This document shows, in pieces, positions 19,425 to 30,072 of a stretch of 64,000 nucleotides of DNA (its first letter is position 1; the number at the start of each line of letters is the position of its first letter). This stretch comes from a bacterium (GTDB taxonomy: Bacteria; SAR324; NAC60-12): the NCBI GenBank assembly GCA_965209155.1, contig OZ242383.1, positions 256,001 through 320,000 on the forward strand, read 5' to 3'. The position numbers and the translations under genes are program-made. The notes beneath the pieces are model-generated. The model ran no database searches. It was not told the DNA's origin and was given only the letters and a program-made list of their open reading frames with translations.

Positions 19425-22400
19425 ATGAAATTCAATCGTATCCTCATCGCCAATCGTGGAGAAATAGCCATCAGAATTGCTCGGGCCGCGACCGACTTAG
19501 GGTTACGCACGGTGGCCATTTACTCTGAAGATGACGCAAGATCGTTACATACCCGAATGGCTGATGAAGCTCACCGTTTAGCGGGACATGGCGTCTCCGC
19601 TTATCTCGACATCGACAGTGTGATTCAAGCAGCGAAAGCCACACAATGTGAGGCCATCCACCCGGGTTATGGATTTTTAGCGGAAAATGGGATGTTTGCC
19701 CGTCGCTGCCAGGAAGCCGGACTGACCTTTATTGGTCCGGCAGTGGAAGTGTTGGAGTTGTTTGGTGACAAAGGACGGGCACGGGCAGCGGCAGCGGCAG
19801 CGGACGTCCCCATTGTCCGAGGCATCAACCAGGCCGTCTCTGTCGAGGAGGCACAGGATTTTTTTACCTCCCTCGATCCGGGCAGCGGTATGATGATTAA
19901 AGCGGTCGCCGGAGGGGGTGGCCGGGGGGCTCGAGCGATCACCCGGCTTGATCAGATCGAAGCTGCCTATATAAGATGCCAGTCTGAGGCGCTCAGTGCC
20001 TTTGGTAAGGGTGATCTCTATGTGGAAGAGCTGATCAATCCTGCCCGCCACATTGAAGTTCAAATTCTTGGAGATTTAAACGGAACCGTGATGAACCTGG
20101 GTGAGCGTGATTGTAGTCTTCAGCGGCGCTATCAAAAAATGGTGGAGATCGCCCCTGCTCCCCACCTGCCGGAAAAGCTGCGCTCAGATATGATTGATGC
20201 CGCCATGCGATTGGCCAAGAGCGTTTCCTACACCAATCTCGGTACCATTGAATTTTTAGTCAAAATGAATCCCGGAGCAGAAGAGCAGCCCTTTGCTTTT
20301 ATAGAAGCCAATGCCCGTTTACAAGTTGAACACACCGTGACGGAAGCCGTCACAGGAGTCGACCTGGTTCAGACGCAAATTTGCCTCGCCGCGGGAGAGT
20401 CTCTGCAAGCCCTGGGATTAGAGACAGCGGGCATTGATAAACCTCGAGGTTATGCCATCCAAACCCGGATTAACATGGAAACCTTGACGGCTGATGGCAG
20501 CATTCGTCCGGCAGGGGGAACCCTTTCTACTTATGAGGTGCCCGGAGGGACGGGAGTGCGGACGGATGGATTCGGCTATCGCGGATATGAAACGAATCCC
20601 TCCTTCGACTCGTTGCTGGCCAAATTAATTGTCCACACCCCCTCAACGGATTTTGCCAGATCTCTCTCAAGAACAACACGGACGCTCAATGAGTTTCGCA
20701 TTGAAGGAGTCGCCACCTCGATTCCCTTTTTACAAAACCTGCTGCAGCATCCCGATGTGGCTTCCTGGCAAGTGCATACCCGATTTGTTGAAGAGAACCT
20801 GACGTGGCTCACTCAAATTGATCCAATCCCCCAACCCCGCTACTTCAGCACGACCCAACCCCCGTTGAATGAAAAACCGGATTTCCGCTCAGCTGGCTTG
20901 GCAGGTGCCCAGATTGATACCCAGGATCCCCTGGCTCTTTTCTCACATGATCAGACCATGAAAAGAGCACAAAGCGAATCAGCTTCAGAAGCTGAAACGG
21001 CTGCCCCAGACCTAGCCGGACCCGACGGGACCATCGCTCTCCCGGTTCCCATTCAAGGGACGATCGTCAGTGTGATGGTTGCTGAAGGGGACCGCATCAA
21101 CCGGGGTCAACCACTGGCCGTCTTGGAAGCGATGAAAATGGAACATGTCATTTCAGCCGATCACAGCGGGACCATCCGGCGCACTACCCTGGCGGTTGGG
21201 GATGTCATCCGTGAGGGATATCCTCTATTTTTTATTGAAACCCGTGAAGGCCAAACCGATTTAGATGAGGTTGCCGATACCATTGACTTGGATTATATCC
21301 GCCCTGACTTGGAGGAGACCTACCAACGACATGCCTACACTTTAGACGAAAATCGTCCTGAGGCGGTGGCCCGGCGCCGAAAAACCGGGCAACGGACAGC
21401 CCGGGAAAATATTATTGATCTTTGTGACCCTGACACTTTCTTCGAGTATGGAGCTTTAGCCGTCGCAGCGCAACGATCCCGACGAGATGAAGAATATCTT
21501 CGCAAATACACTCCCGCCGATGGTTTATTAGCGGGTGTCGGAACGGTAAATGGGGAACTGTTTGAAGGAGAGGACGCGCGGTGTATGGCCATTGCCTATG
21601 ATTACACCGTTTTGGCAGGGACCCAAGGATTACGAAATCATTACAAAAAAGATCGCATGTTTCAACTGGCAGATCGTTATCAATTACCGATGGTCATTTT
21701 CACAGAGGGAGGAGGGGGACGGCCTGGAGATACCGATGGCGCGTCTCCTGTGGGCATGGATTCCTATGCTCACACCCTGTTTGCTAAGCTCAGTGGTTTG
21801 GTTCCTTTGGTCGGGGTCAATTCAGGACGCTGCTTTGCAGGCAATACGGCTCTGCTGGCTTGCTGTGATGTCATCATTGCCACTGCCAATTCCACCATCG
21901 GTATGGGGGGTCCCGCAATGATTGAAGGAGGAGGGCTCGGTATTTACACACCGGAAGAAGTCGGCCCCATGTCCATCCAGGTTCCGAACGGCGTCGTTGA
22001 TATCCTGGTTGAAGATGAGGAAGCCGCGGTGGCCACTGCTAAAAAGTACCTTTCCTACTTTCAAGGCCCCATCCCGGACTGGGAATCTCCGGATCAAAGG
22101 ATTTTGCGGCACATTATTCCCGAGAACCGGGTAAGAATGTACAATGTGCGGGATATCATCGAGACCCTGGCCGATCACGATTCGGTGCTGGAGATCCGTA
22201 AAGATTTCGGGATTGGGATTATTACTGCGTTGATTCGCATTGAAGGCCTCCCCCTGGGATTGATTGCCAACAACCCTCACCATTTAGCCGGTGCGGTCGA
22301 CAGCGATGCGGCAGATAAGGGAGCGCGCTTTCTGCAACTCTGTGATGCCTTTGATCTTCCTATCGTGAGTTTGATGGACTGCCCAGGAATTATGGTCGGC

Positions 22401-22853
22401 CCGGAAGCAGAAACCACCGCCCTGGTTCGGCATAGTGCGCGGCTCTTCAACACCGGTGCAAATCTCTCTGTACCCTTGTTCGGCTTGATCTTACGCAAGG
22501 CCTACGGGCTGGGAATACAAGCCATGTGTGGGGGGAGTTCTCTTGAGACCTTCTTTACCGCGGCATGGCCTACCGCAGAGTTTTCCATGATGAATATTGA
22601 GGGGGCGGTCAAACTAGGCTATCGCAAGGAATTAGCCGCCATCGAGGATCCGGAAGAACGACGGATCCAATACGATGCGATGGTCGCTGAGAGCTATGAA
22701 AACGCGAAAGCTTTACACGCGGCCAGCTATTTCGGGATTGATGATGTCATTGATCCCGCAGATTCTCGTCGTTGGATCATGGCCGGGTTGCGGAGTGTCC
22801 CTTCTCCTCCCCCTCGCACCAGTAAAAAGAGACCCTTTGTTGACACATGGTAA
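19425..22853 (+). CDS. Single-chain acyl-CoA carboxylase (biotin carboxylase - BCCP - carboxyltransferase)
   Basis: ILIANRGEIA, HPGYGFLAEN, RLQVEH, EAMKM biotin site, EGGGGRPGD CT domain. Confidence 0.93.
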   Translation: MKFNRILIANRGEIAIRIARAATDLGLRTVAIYSEDDARSLHTRMADEAHRLAGHGVSAYLDIDSVIQAAKATQCEAIHPGYGFLAENGMFARRCQEAGLTFIGPAVEVLELFGDKGRARAAAAAADVPIVRGINQAVSVEEAQDFFTSLDPGSGMMIKAVAGGGGRGARAITRLDQIEAAYIRCQSEALSAFGKGDLYVEELINPARHIEVQILGDLNGTVMNLGERDCSLQRRYQKMVEIAPAPHLPEKLRSDMIDAAMRLAKSVSYTNLGTIEFLVKMNPGAEEQPFAFIEANARLQVEHTVTEAVTGVDLVQTQICLAAGESLQALGLETAGIDKPRGYAIQTRINMETLTADGSIRPAGGTLSTYEVPGGTGVRTDGFGYRGYETNPSFDSLLAKLIVHTPSTDFARSLSRTTRTLNEFRIEGVATSIPFLQNLLQHPDVASWQVHTRFVEENLTWLTQIDPIPQPRYFSTTQPPLNEKPDFRSAGLAGAQIDTQDPLALFSHDQTMKRAQSESASEAETAAPDLAGPDGTIALPVPIQGTIVSVMVAEGDRINRGQPLAVLEAMKMEHVISADHSGTIRRTTLAVGDVIREGYPLFFIETREGQTDLDEVADTIDLDYIRPDLEETYQRHAYTLDENRPEAVARRRKTGQRTARENIIDLCDPDTFFEYGALAVAAQRSRRDEEYLRKYTPADGLLAGVGTVNGELFEGEDARCMAIAYDYTVLAGTQGLRNHYKKDRMFQLADRYQLPMVIFTEGGGGRPGDTDGASPVGMDSYAHTLFAKLSGLVPLVGVNSGRCFAGNTALLACCDVIIATANSTIGMGGPAMIEGGGLGIYTPEEVGPMSIQVPNGVVDILVEDEEAAVATAKKYLSYFQGPIPDWESPDQRILRHIIPENRVRMYNVRDIIETLADHDSVLEIRKDFGIGIITALIRIEGLPLGLIANNPHHLAGAVDSDAADKGARFLQLCDAFDLPIVSLMDCPGIMVGPEAETTALVRHSARLFNTGANLSVPLFGLILRKAYGLGIQAMCGGSSLETFFTAAWPTAEFSMMNIEGAVKLGYRKELAAIEDPEERRIQYDAMVAESYENAKALHAASYFGIDDVIDPADSRRWIMAGLRSVPSPPPRTSKKRPFVDTW

Positions 22854-22866
22854 GGATGATTCTACT

Positions 22867-23023
22867 CGGATGGTGCTGGCCCAGCTTGAATTGCTCAAGT
22901 ATCAAAATTGATTTTCTCGGGGTGATCAGCAAATTGCTATGATGAGAATTGTTAAGGAAACCCTATGAAATTTGAAACCATGCTATATGAAGTCAAAGAC
23001 GAAATATTAACCATCACCTTGAA
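22867..23023 (+). pseudogene. Remnant: acyl-CoA dehydrogenase 3' end, spacer and enoyl-CoA hydratase 5' end
   Basis: Diverged copy of 38959-39116 (LELLKYQN* ... MKFETMLYEVKDEILTITL). Confidence 0.88.
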
Positions 23024-23091
23024 GGGAACTTCTCGAATCTACGAATTCTTTATTAATTTGAATAGGTATCCACTATGAAAGGAGAACAACC

Positions 23092-23970
23092 ATGAGTGAT
23101 TTTGAAACTATCAAGACGGACCACGTTGGTACCGATGGACGCGTCGGCCGTATCACCCTCAACCGACCGGAGAAAATGAACGCGCTCTCCGAGGAGTTGC
23201 TGTATGAACTGAACGAGGCGCTCCACGACATGGAGGCCGACAGCGACGTACGCGTGATAATCGTGCGCGGCGAAGGCAGAACCTTCAGTGCAGGTTACGA
23301 TCTCACGCCGTCGCACGGGGGTGCGGACGCGGTCGTCCGCAGTCACAAGCAGCGAGACGCGAAAGATCGCCGGCTCATGATGGGTCTCAGAACCGGCATG
23401 CAACAGATCACCGATATCCACATGTATTTCTGGAATATGGCGAAGGTTACGATTGCGCAGGTGCACGGCTATGCGATTGCCGGCGGCTGCGAACTGGCGA
23501 TGATGGCCGATCTTGTCGTTGCCGCCGAGGACGCACAACTCGGACACCCGGGAGTGCGCCTCGGTACCTCCCGAACCGGTGTTATCTGGCCGCTCGTCAT
23601 CGGCATGCGCAAGGCGAAGGAGCTGTATTACACGGGAGATAACGTCACCGGCAAGGAAGCGGAGGAGATCGGCATGATCAACTACGCCTGGCCGCTCGAG
23701 GAACTCGACGAGCGAACCCTCGCGTTTGCCGACCGGCTCGCGATCATGTCCGCCGACCATCTCGCGATCCTCAAGGTCAACATGAATCGCTTCTACGAGA
23801 ACATGGGAATCTACTCGTCCGTGCGCAGCAGTACCGACCTCGACGCGATGGGCCAATTCACCGAGCGCACCTACCAGTACCAGGACATGATGCGCGAGCA
23901 TGGGCTCAAGGACGCGTTGGCCTGGCGCGACGGACCGTTCAAAGGTAGTGATACCTACAAGAAGAAGTAG
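23092..23970 (+). CDS. Enoyl-CoA hydratase/isomerase family protein
   Basis: ITLNRPEKMNAL, FSAGYDL, AIAGGCEL; aaggag RBS. Confidence 0.92.
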   Translation: MSDFETIKTDHVGTDGRVGRITLNRPEKMNALSEELLYELNEALHDMEADSDVRVIIVRGEGRTFSAGYDLTPSHGGADAVVRSHKQRDAKDRRLMMGLRTGMQQITDIHMYFWNMAKVTIAQVHGYAIAGGCELAMMADLVVAAEDAQLGHPGVRLGTSRTGVIWPLVIGMRKAKELYYTGDNVTGKEAEEIGMINYAWPLEELDERTLAFADRLAIMSADHLAILKVNMNRFYENMGIYSSVRSSTDLDAMGQFTERTYQYQDMMREHGLKDALAWRDGPFKGSDTYKKK

Positions 23971-24156
23971 CTCGACAGCCAAAAGTCAGGCATGCCGACG
24001 CCCTCGGCGTGCCTGCCGAAAGATGAATCAGCATTTTCCGACCCGCTTTACACACTCATTTGCAAAAGGTAAGGGCTTTTGCAAATTTTTGATTTTCCTA
24101 TATTGAAAACCATTTGCTTAATGCGAAGTCAAGATTTGACCAAAAAGGGAGCCATT

Positions 24157-25476
24157 ATGACTGCAGCGACACACGAAGGGATGAGCGCTTATTGGATGCC
24201 CATGACCCCCAATCGAAATTTCAAATCCAATCCCAAGTTGATCGAAACTGCAGAGGGGATGTATTACTATTCCTCTGACGGCCAAAAGCTGATGGATAGC
24301 ACTGCAGGGCTATGGTGCGTCAATGCAGGACATGGTCGTATCGAAATTCAAGAAGCGGTGACCGAGCAAATGAAAAAATTGGACTATGCATCCAGTTTCT
24401 CATTGGGACATCCGCTGGCCTTTGAGTTTGCTCAAAGACTGGTCACACACGCTCCTGGAGATCTGGATCATGTATTCTTCACAAATTCAGGGTCTGAATC
24501 CGTCGACACTGCCCTCAAAATCGCATTGAATTATCAGCGCATCAAAGGCGAGGGATCCCGCATCATGCTCATAGGGCGTCAAAAAGCATACCACGGAATG
24601 GGTTTTGGAGGCTTGACGGTGGGTGGATTGACCCCCCATCGAAAGTCGTTTGGACCTTTGTTGCCTGTTCGAGACCACTTGCCTCATACGATGCCTCCCG
24701 AAGGAAAAAAATATGCCAGAGGATTGCAGGACGAAAATGAATTTTTAGGTCAGGCCTTTGAAGAGATGGTTGCCTTTCATGATCCTTCCAACATTGCAGC
24801 AGTGATTGTCGAACCTGTGGCAGGAGCGGGTGGAGTGATCGTACCCCCAAAAAACTATCTCAAGCGCATGCGCGAAATTTGTGATCAGCATGGGATTTTG
24901 CTCATTTTCGATGAAGTGATCACTGGATTTGGGCGATTGGGCAGCAGTTTTGCAGCCAAACGATTTGATGTGATCCCTGACTTGATGACCACTGCAAAAG
25001 GAATCACCAATGGAAACATCCCAATGGGAGCTGTTTTCGTACGAAAGCATATTTATAACACCTTCATGTCGATTCCAGAAGAAGGAATGGAATTGTTTCA
25101 TGGCTACACCTATTCAGGGCATCCTGTAGCCTGCGCGGCAGGAATGGCGACACTCAACATTTATGAAAATGAAGGATTGTTTGATCGAACAGCGGGATTG
25201 GAAGATCACTGGGAAAACTCAGCACACAATCTTAAAGATTTTCCTCATGTCAAAGATATAAGGAATCTAGGATTGATGGCTGCTGTGGAGCTCGAATCTC
25301 GACCTGACCAGTTTGGGGCAATTGGTGCAGAGGTGTTCGCCAAATGCTACGAAAAAGGAATCCTCATGAGGAGTCTGGGGGACACTTTAGCGTTTTCTCC
25401 TCCTTTGATTATTGAAAAAGAAGAAATTGACCAAATTTTTGAGACCGTTGGAGAGGTTTTAAAAGAAATCAACTAA
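24157..25476 (+). CDS. Class III aminotransferase (omega-amino acid:pyruvate type)
   Basis: GLWCVNAGH, FTNSGSE, FDEVITGFGR, TTAKG, HGYTYSGHP. Confidence 0.92.
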   Translation: MTAATHEGMSAYWMPMTPNRNFKSNPKLIETAEGMYYYSSDGQKLMDSTAGLWCVNAGHGRIEIQEAVTEQMKKLDYASSFSLGHPLAFEFAQRLVTHAPGDLDHVFFTNSGSESVDTALKIALNYQRIKGEGSRIMLIGRQKAYHGMGFGGLTVGGLTPHRKSFGPLLPVRDHLPHTMPPEGKKYARGLQDENEFLGQAFEEMVAFHDPSNIAAVIVEPVAGAGGVIVPPKNYLKRMREICDQHGILLIFDEVITGFGRLGSSFAAKRFDVIPDLMTTAKGITNGNIPMGAVFVRKHIYNTFMSIPEEGMELFHGYTYSGHPVACAAGMATLNIYENEGLFDRTAGLEDHWENSAHNLKDFPHVKDIRNLGLMAAVELESRPDQFGAIGAEVFAKCYEKGILMRSLGDTLAFSPPLIIEKEEIDQIFETVGEVLKEIN

Positions 25477-25491
25477 AAGGAAGATAAGCTT

Positions 25492-26925
25492 ATGGATACG
25501 AATGATACTAGAGATAATCGTATCGTCGAGGAGAACCGCAAGCCGGGCACAGTCGAGTGGCAACTCCAGTACACTAGCTTCGATAACCCGATTACCCTGG
25601 CCTCTCACCCGCTGATTCGCCAGCTACGGTCGTTAGCTATAGAGGGCTACGCCTCCAAAACCAGTGTCCTGCCGGGCGAGACGATTGACTTTATGGTTAG
25701 TTTGGATCCGCCCGGCCACTTTACCATTGATCTCTACCGCATGGGTTATTATGGGGGTACCGGCGGGCGACATATGGCCCGCTTGGGGCCCTTTCTGGGA
25801 GATACCCAGCCGGTGCCGATGATGACCATCGAGCGTTTACGTGAATGTGCCTGGGAAACATGTACCTCGTTTACGGTCCCGACGGAGTGGCCAAGCGGCG
25901 TTTATCTGGGCAAGTTGACCCGCGATGAGCAATTTGGCGTACAGAGTTATTTTATCTTTGTGGTCAAGGAACATCGGCCGTCAGATTTATTGTGCCAGGT
26001 GAGCGACCTGACCTGGCAAGCCTACAATAAGTGGCCGGGGATGGATTCGCTCTACAACGATGGTACGCCTAATATCTTCTATACCGGTCCCAACGTCCGG
26101 GTCAGTTTTGACCGGCCCTATGCCAAATATCAGCAGGGTCGGGATGAGCCCCTGTCGGCCGGATCGGGTGAATATCTGCTATGGGAACATCCGATGACCT
26201 TCTGGCTAGAGCAGCAAGGATATGATGTGACCTATTGTTCGAACTTGGACCTGCATCTTGACCCGGATATCTTGAAGTATAGCAAAGTGTTCTTATCGGT
26301 CGGGCATGATGAGTACTGGTCCCGTAAAATGTTCGATGAAGCGGTGAAGGCCCGGGATGATGGCCTGAGTCTGGCCTTCTTCTCCGGTAACTCACTTTGT
26401 TACGCTCTCGAAATGTATGACAGTACGGCGACGGGAGCGGCGAGTCGGGCGTTTGCCAGGAAAGAACCAATGGGCAATGAGGAGGAACTGATGGGGGTCA
26501 AGTCAGAAGCGGTTGGGTATGGCGATTGGGTGGTGATCAAGCCCGAGCATTGGATCTATAACGGGACAGGCGCCAAGGCCGGCGACAAAATTCCCGGTAT
26601 TATCGGTTGGGAGTATCACGGCTACCCGGCTGACATACCAGGTCTGGAGGTGGTGGCTTCAAGCCCGTTGGATCCCTGCCTGAGAGAGAAAAAATCTTTG
26701 ACCCCTCCGGTCGCGCACCCAATACACAGCGCGATTGTATATCCTGGTAGGCAGGGTAATTGGGTCTTCAATGCCGGCACCATCTGGTGGCCTGAGGGGC
26801 TGTCCTGCCCGCCCGGTCATGTTCCGGCCCGATCTGCCTGCGGCGGCACCTTTGGGGTGAATCCTCTGGCCCAGCAAATAACCACTAACGTCTTGGATCG
26901 AATGACCCGAGACTCGCAGCGGTGA
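25492..26925 (+). CDS. N,N-dimethylformamidase beta-subunit-like protein
   Basis: IEGYAS, TWQAYN, VSFDRPY, LSVGHDEYW, FFSGN motifs. Confidence 0.78.
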   Translation: MDTNDTRDNRIVEENRKPGTVEWQLQYTSFDNPITLASHPLIRQLRSLAIEGYASKTSVLPGETIDFMVSLDPPGHFTIDLYRMGYYGGTGGRHMARLGPFLGDTQPVPMMTIERLRECAWETCTSFTVPTEWPSGVYLGKLTRDEQFGVQSYFIFVVKEHRPSDLLCQVSDLTWQAYNKWPGMDSLYNDGTPNIFYTGPNVRVSFDRPYAKYQQGRDEPLSAGSGEYLLWEHPMTFWLEQQGYDVTYCSNLDLHLDPDILKYSKVFLSVGHDEYWSRKMFDEAVKARDDGLSLAFFSGNSLCYALEMYDSTATGAASRAFARKEPMGNEEELMGVKSEAVGYGDWVVIKPEHWIYNGTGAKAGDKIPGIIGWEYHGYPADIPGLEVVASSPLDPCLREKKSLTPPVAHPIHSAIVYPGRQGNWVFNAGTIWWPEGLSCPPGHVPARSACGGTFGVNPLAQQITTNVLDRMTRDSQR

Positions 26926-27141
26926 TCAAAATGAGCTTTCCCTGAAAGTGAATCACCGTTGTGAAAAGTCAAAAGGGGTCAAATCTCATTTTGTCTTTTG
27001 GGTTCTTTTGTAAAGGGAATGACACAAATTCGGGGATCCCTCATAGCTTCAAAGAAATCCGATCAATGGACAGCAACACCATTTTGTTTCCAGGGAGGAG
27101 ACGGTAACTGAGGACTTTACGTCCTTTCAGATCATCATAGA

Positions 27142-27260
27142 AAATCAGGGGACACAATACCATTTTTATTAGTATTTTCTCCGTATTTTATTAGTAATGT
27201 CCTCTGATTTTATCCGTATTTTATAAGTATTGTGTCCCCTGATTTAATGTCCCCTGATTT
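27142..27260. repeat. REP-like cluster: 19-bp perfect inverted repeat plus extra tgtccyctgattt units
   Basis: aaatcaggggacacaatac (27142-27160) / gtattgtgtcccctgattt (27227-27245); extra units near 27196 and 27246. Confidence 0.7.
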
Positions 27261-27284
27261 AAAACGGCAATGGTAAAGCTCACC

Positions 27285-27515
27285 TTAATAGCTCGGTCCG
27301 ACCCGAATCCCATCAAAAGGAAGATTTCTAGTCCCCTCCCCAATCCAACCCAGTGTAGCAATGGCTTCACAACGATCCGCAATGTGGGCAAGCAAGGCTA
27401 TTTTACTCTCTGGATCTCCCATTTCCCAAAGTTTATGAGTGGTGTACAATTCATCTAGGAGAGCAATGGTGGGGGAATGGAAATCATCCGTGACCAAAAG
27501 ATCTTTTTTTGCCAT
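27285..27515 (-). pseudogene. Possible N-terminal fragment of a 2-hydroxyacid dehydrogenase
   Basis: MAKKDLLVT...LDELYTTHKLWE directly downstream of the Gfo/Idh/MocA gene, then truncated. Confidence 0.45.
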
Positions 27516-27531
27516 AATGTCTTTCGATTTT

Positions 27532-28521
27532 TTAAGGTTGCTCCCAGTGACCGCTTTGGCTGCTTCGAATGATCGCATCGATCACCTTCATGTTAGCCAC
27601 AGAATCTTCAATGGGAGTAGGAACAGGGGTATCGTTTAAAATAGCCAGAGAAAACAAATCACCTTGAATGGTGTATTGATTACAAATTTTAAAAACGATT
27701 TCTTCTATATCACCTCCTCGTTGAAGCCAAATTTTACAAGGGCGGTCCGGAGGTGCATTGCAAGGGATCTCAATTTCGATACGACCTTCAGTTCCAAGAA
27801 TATGAGTCCGTTGGTAGTTCTCCAATTGGGTTGAGCAGGTGAAAGTCGCGCTGCCTTTCTCAAATTCCAACATTCCTGAAGTGAGACGATCGGTTTTGAA
27901 TTGAGGATCGTATTCAACCAGACCACAAACCCGCTTGGGTTCTGCTTCAAAAATAAAACGTGGGTAGGAGATGGTATAGCATCCAATATCGTATAACCCC
28001 CCTCCTCCATTTTCAGGTTTATTGCGGATATTGTTCGCATCTGCATTGAAGTAAGAAAAAAATGATTGAATCGTTCGCAACTCTCCAATTTTCCCATCTC
28101 GTACCAACTCACGGGCTTTTTGCCATTGGGGATGATAACGGTACATGAAAGCTTCCATCACTTTTAAATTGGGATACTGTTGAGCAGCGTCGACTAATTT
28201 TTGGCCATCTTGCCAGTCCATACCAATGGGTTTTTCACACAAAACGTGTTTGCCTGCCTCTAGAGCTTTGATGGACCAGGGCACATGGAGATCGTTGGGC
28301 AATGGGTTGTACACCGCATCGATTTCTGGATCTGCCAGCATCGCTTCATAAGAACCATAGGTTTTTGGAATCCCTAACGGATCTGCGGCTTTTTGTGCAG
28401 ATTCCAAACTCCGCGAGGCCACTCCTACAACCTCACAATGCTCTCCCTGCTGCAGAGCAGGAAGGACTTTTTCTGTACTGATTTTCGCAGTACTGAGCCC
28501 CCCCCAGCGAACTTTTGCCAT
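27532..28521 (-). CDS. Gfo/Idh/MocA family oxidoreductase
   Basis: YNPLPNDLH, GKHVLCEKP, GGGGLYDIGCY. Confidence 0.92.
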   Translation of the reverse strand: MAKVRWGGLSTAKISTEKVLPALQQGEHCEVVGVASRSLESAQKAADPLGIPKTYGSYEAMLADPEIDAVYNPLPNDLHVPWSIKALEAGKHVLCEKPIGMDWQDGQKLVDAAQQYPNLKVMEAFMYRYHPQWQKARELVRDGKIGELRTIQSFFSYFNADANNIRNKPENGGGGLYDIGCYTISYPRFIFEAEPKRVCGLVEYDPQFKTDRLTSGMLEFEKGSATFTCSTQLENYQRTHILGTEGRIEIEIPCNAPPDRPCKIWLQRGGDIEEIVFKICNQYTIQGDLFSLAILNDTPVPTPIEDSVANMKVIDAIIRSSQSGHWEQP

Positions 28522-28606
28522 AATGGACCTTTCTTATTTCATATAGTTGATTGATTTGCTTTATTAAAGATGACAAATTGGTTTCATTACCTTTAGTTAA
28601 AGCTAA

Positions 28607-29893
28607 GGGCTTGTTACAAAATAAGTTGAACATCTTTGAGTTTCATATAGGGTGAATGGTGTAGTTCCATTGAGGAAACTTTTTTGCAAATTTTAGATTT
28701 ATGTTATCAAATTCTTCGTCGGATACTTTCATACCAGTTTTGTATTGCTTGCGATCAAGTCGAGCCTTGATATTGAGGCCGTTTTTGGTCGTAGTCGAGG
28801 CGATCAATTTCACCACGGACTCATAGTTTTCTAGTGGCCTGCCTTTCCAATTCATGCTGATGAATGAAAACATACGATGCTCAATCTTGTTCCACTTGCT
28901 TGTCCCTGGTGGATAATGCGCGACTGTAATTGGTATCCCAAGCTTGTTTGCTAATTCTTGTAAGTAAAACTTCCATGCCCGAGCTCTACTCCCATTGCTC
29001 CCTCCGCCATCGGCACACACAAGAATCTCAGTTGCATTGGGATAGCGCTTTTTTCCAAAGTGTCTCCACCACTGCCAAAGGCTATTGACAGCAAACTCAG
29101 AGGTATCTGAGGACATGCCAACGTTTACAAAACCTTCGTTGCGATTTATGTCATAGGCCCCATAAGGTATCGCCTTCCCCTCTCCGTAAGATTTGAAATC
29201 ATGATCAAGAACTTTCTTGTCTTCCTTTGACCACACTCGACCCTCATTCTTGAAATTTCCGACAAGCTCCTTTTTTTTCGTATCAACTGATACCACTGGA
29301 TTTCCGTATCTTGAAAACCGATGGACGGATCGATTAATGTGTCTGAATTGCTCGTCGCGGTTTGGATGATTTTTTCCTGAAAGCATCTTTTTGTTCGATC
29401 TCAGGGAATAGCCAAGCTCCTTTAAAAGCCTCATTACCGTGACATAAGATACATCAAATCCAGATTTTCTTAGCTGATCTGCGATAGATCTGGTCGATTT
29501 GCATGTCCACCGTAAGCGGCTCATCGGATCTCCTGCAGAAGACTCTTCAAGAATGCCCTCAATTGCTTTGAGCAGCTCAGCACTCTTGTGCCTCGAATAC
29601 TTTCGTCCTCCACCCTCACGACGGAGACGATCGCTGTCAAGTGATAACGATCCGTCTTCTTCTAAATCACGGAGACCCTGAGTTACCGTCGTTCTGGATA
29701 GTCCGGTCGCGCGACTTACTTGTGAAACACCTCCGTAGCCAAGCTCTTTTGCTTTTACTGCTGCGAACCACCTTTTCTGTGGCTCGTTGAGGTAGCCGAC
29801 CGCCTTAATCCACTCTTTACTGATCTCATGGTTAGTCATGAAATCAGTAGATCACAAAATATCTAGTTGATCAATTTATTTTGTAACAATCCA
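28607..29893 (-). mobile_element. ISAzo13 family insertion sequence
   Basis: Imperfect terminal IRs (gggcttgttacaaaataagttga / tggattgttacaaaataaattga) and 3-bp taa target duplication (28604-28606, 29894-29896). Confidence 0.88.
28643..29839 (-). CDS. ISAzo13 family transposase
   Basis: LRWTCKST, SVDTKKKELVGNFKN, ADGGGSNG, PPGTSKWNKIEHR. Confidence 0.95.
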   Translation of the reverse strand: MTNHEISKEWIKAVGYLNEPQKRWFAAVKAKELGYGGVSQVSRATGLSRTTVTQGLRDLEEDGSLSLDSDRLRREGGGRKYSRHKSAELLKAIEGILEESSAGDPMSRLRWTCKSTRSIADQLRKSGFDVSYVTVMRLLKELGYSLRSNKKMLSGKNHPNRDEQFRHINRSVHRFSRYGNPVVSVDTKKKELVGNFKNEGRVWSKEDKKVLDHDFKSYGEGKAIPYGAYDINRNEGFVNVGMSSDTSEFAVNSLWQWWRHFGKKRYPNATEILVCADGGGSNGSRARAWKFYLQELANKLGIPITVAHYPPGTSKWNKIEHRMFSFISMNWKGRPLENYESVVKLIASTTTKNGLNIKARLDRKQYKTGMKVSDEEFDNINLKFAKKFPQWNYTIHPI

Positions 29894-29904
29894 TAAGAAA
29901 CCGA

Positions 29905-29968
29905 TGAAAAAATAAAGGAAACGATTACTGGCTATTATTTTAACAGAAGGAAAAAATGGCTGTACAAT
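29905..29968 (+). repeat. 64-bp direct repeat of 31382-31445 (stop codon, RBS and first codons of the amidase)
   Basis: Two mismatches between copies by eye. Confidence 0.9.
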
Positions 29969-30072
29969 CGAATTTGTGTATATTACATATGGTTCTCACG
30001 GTCTCCGTGGGAACCTAAAATTGGACGCTCAAGGCGCCGTGTACACACTCATGCTTTAACAAGATTAAAACG

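Noticed and set aside
23053..23982. 309-aa antisense ORF (likewise 32156-32815, 34579-35295, 35514-36224, 58280-58990)
   Set aside because: Shadow ORFs of GC-rich coding genes with no recognisable motifs
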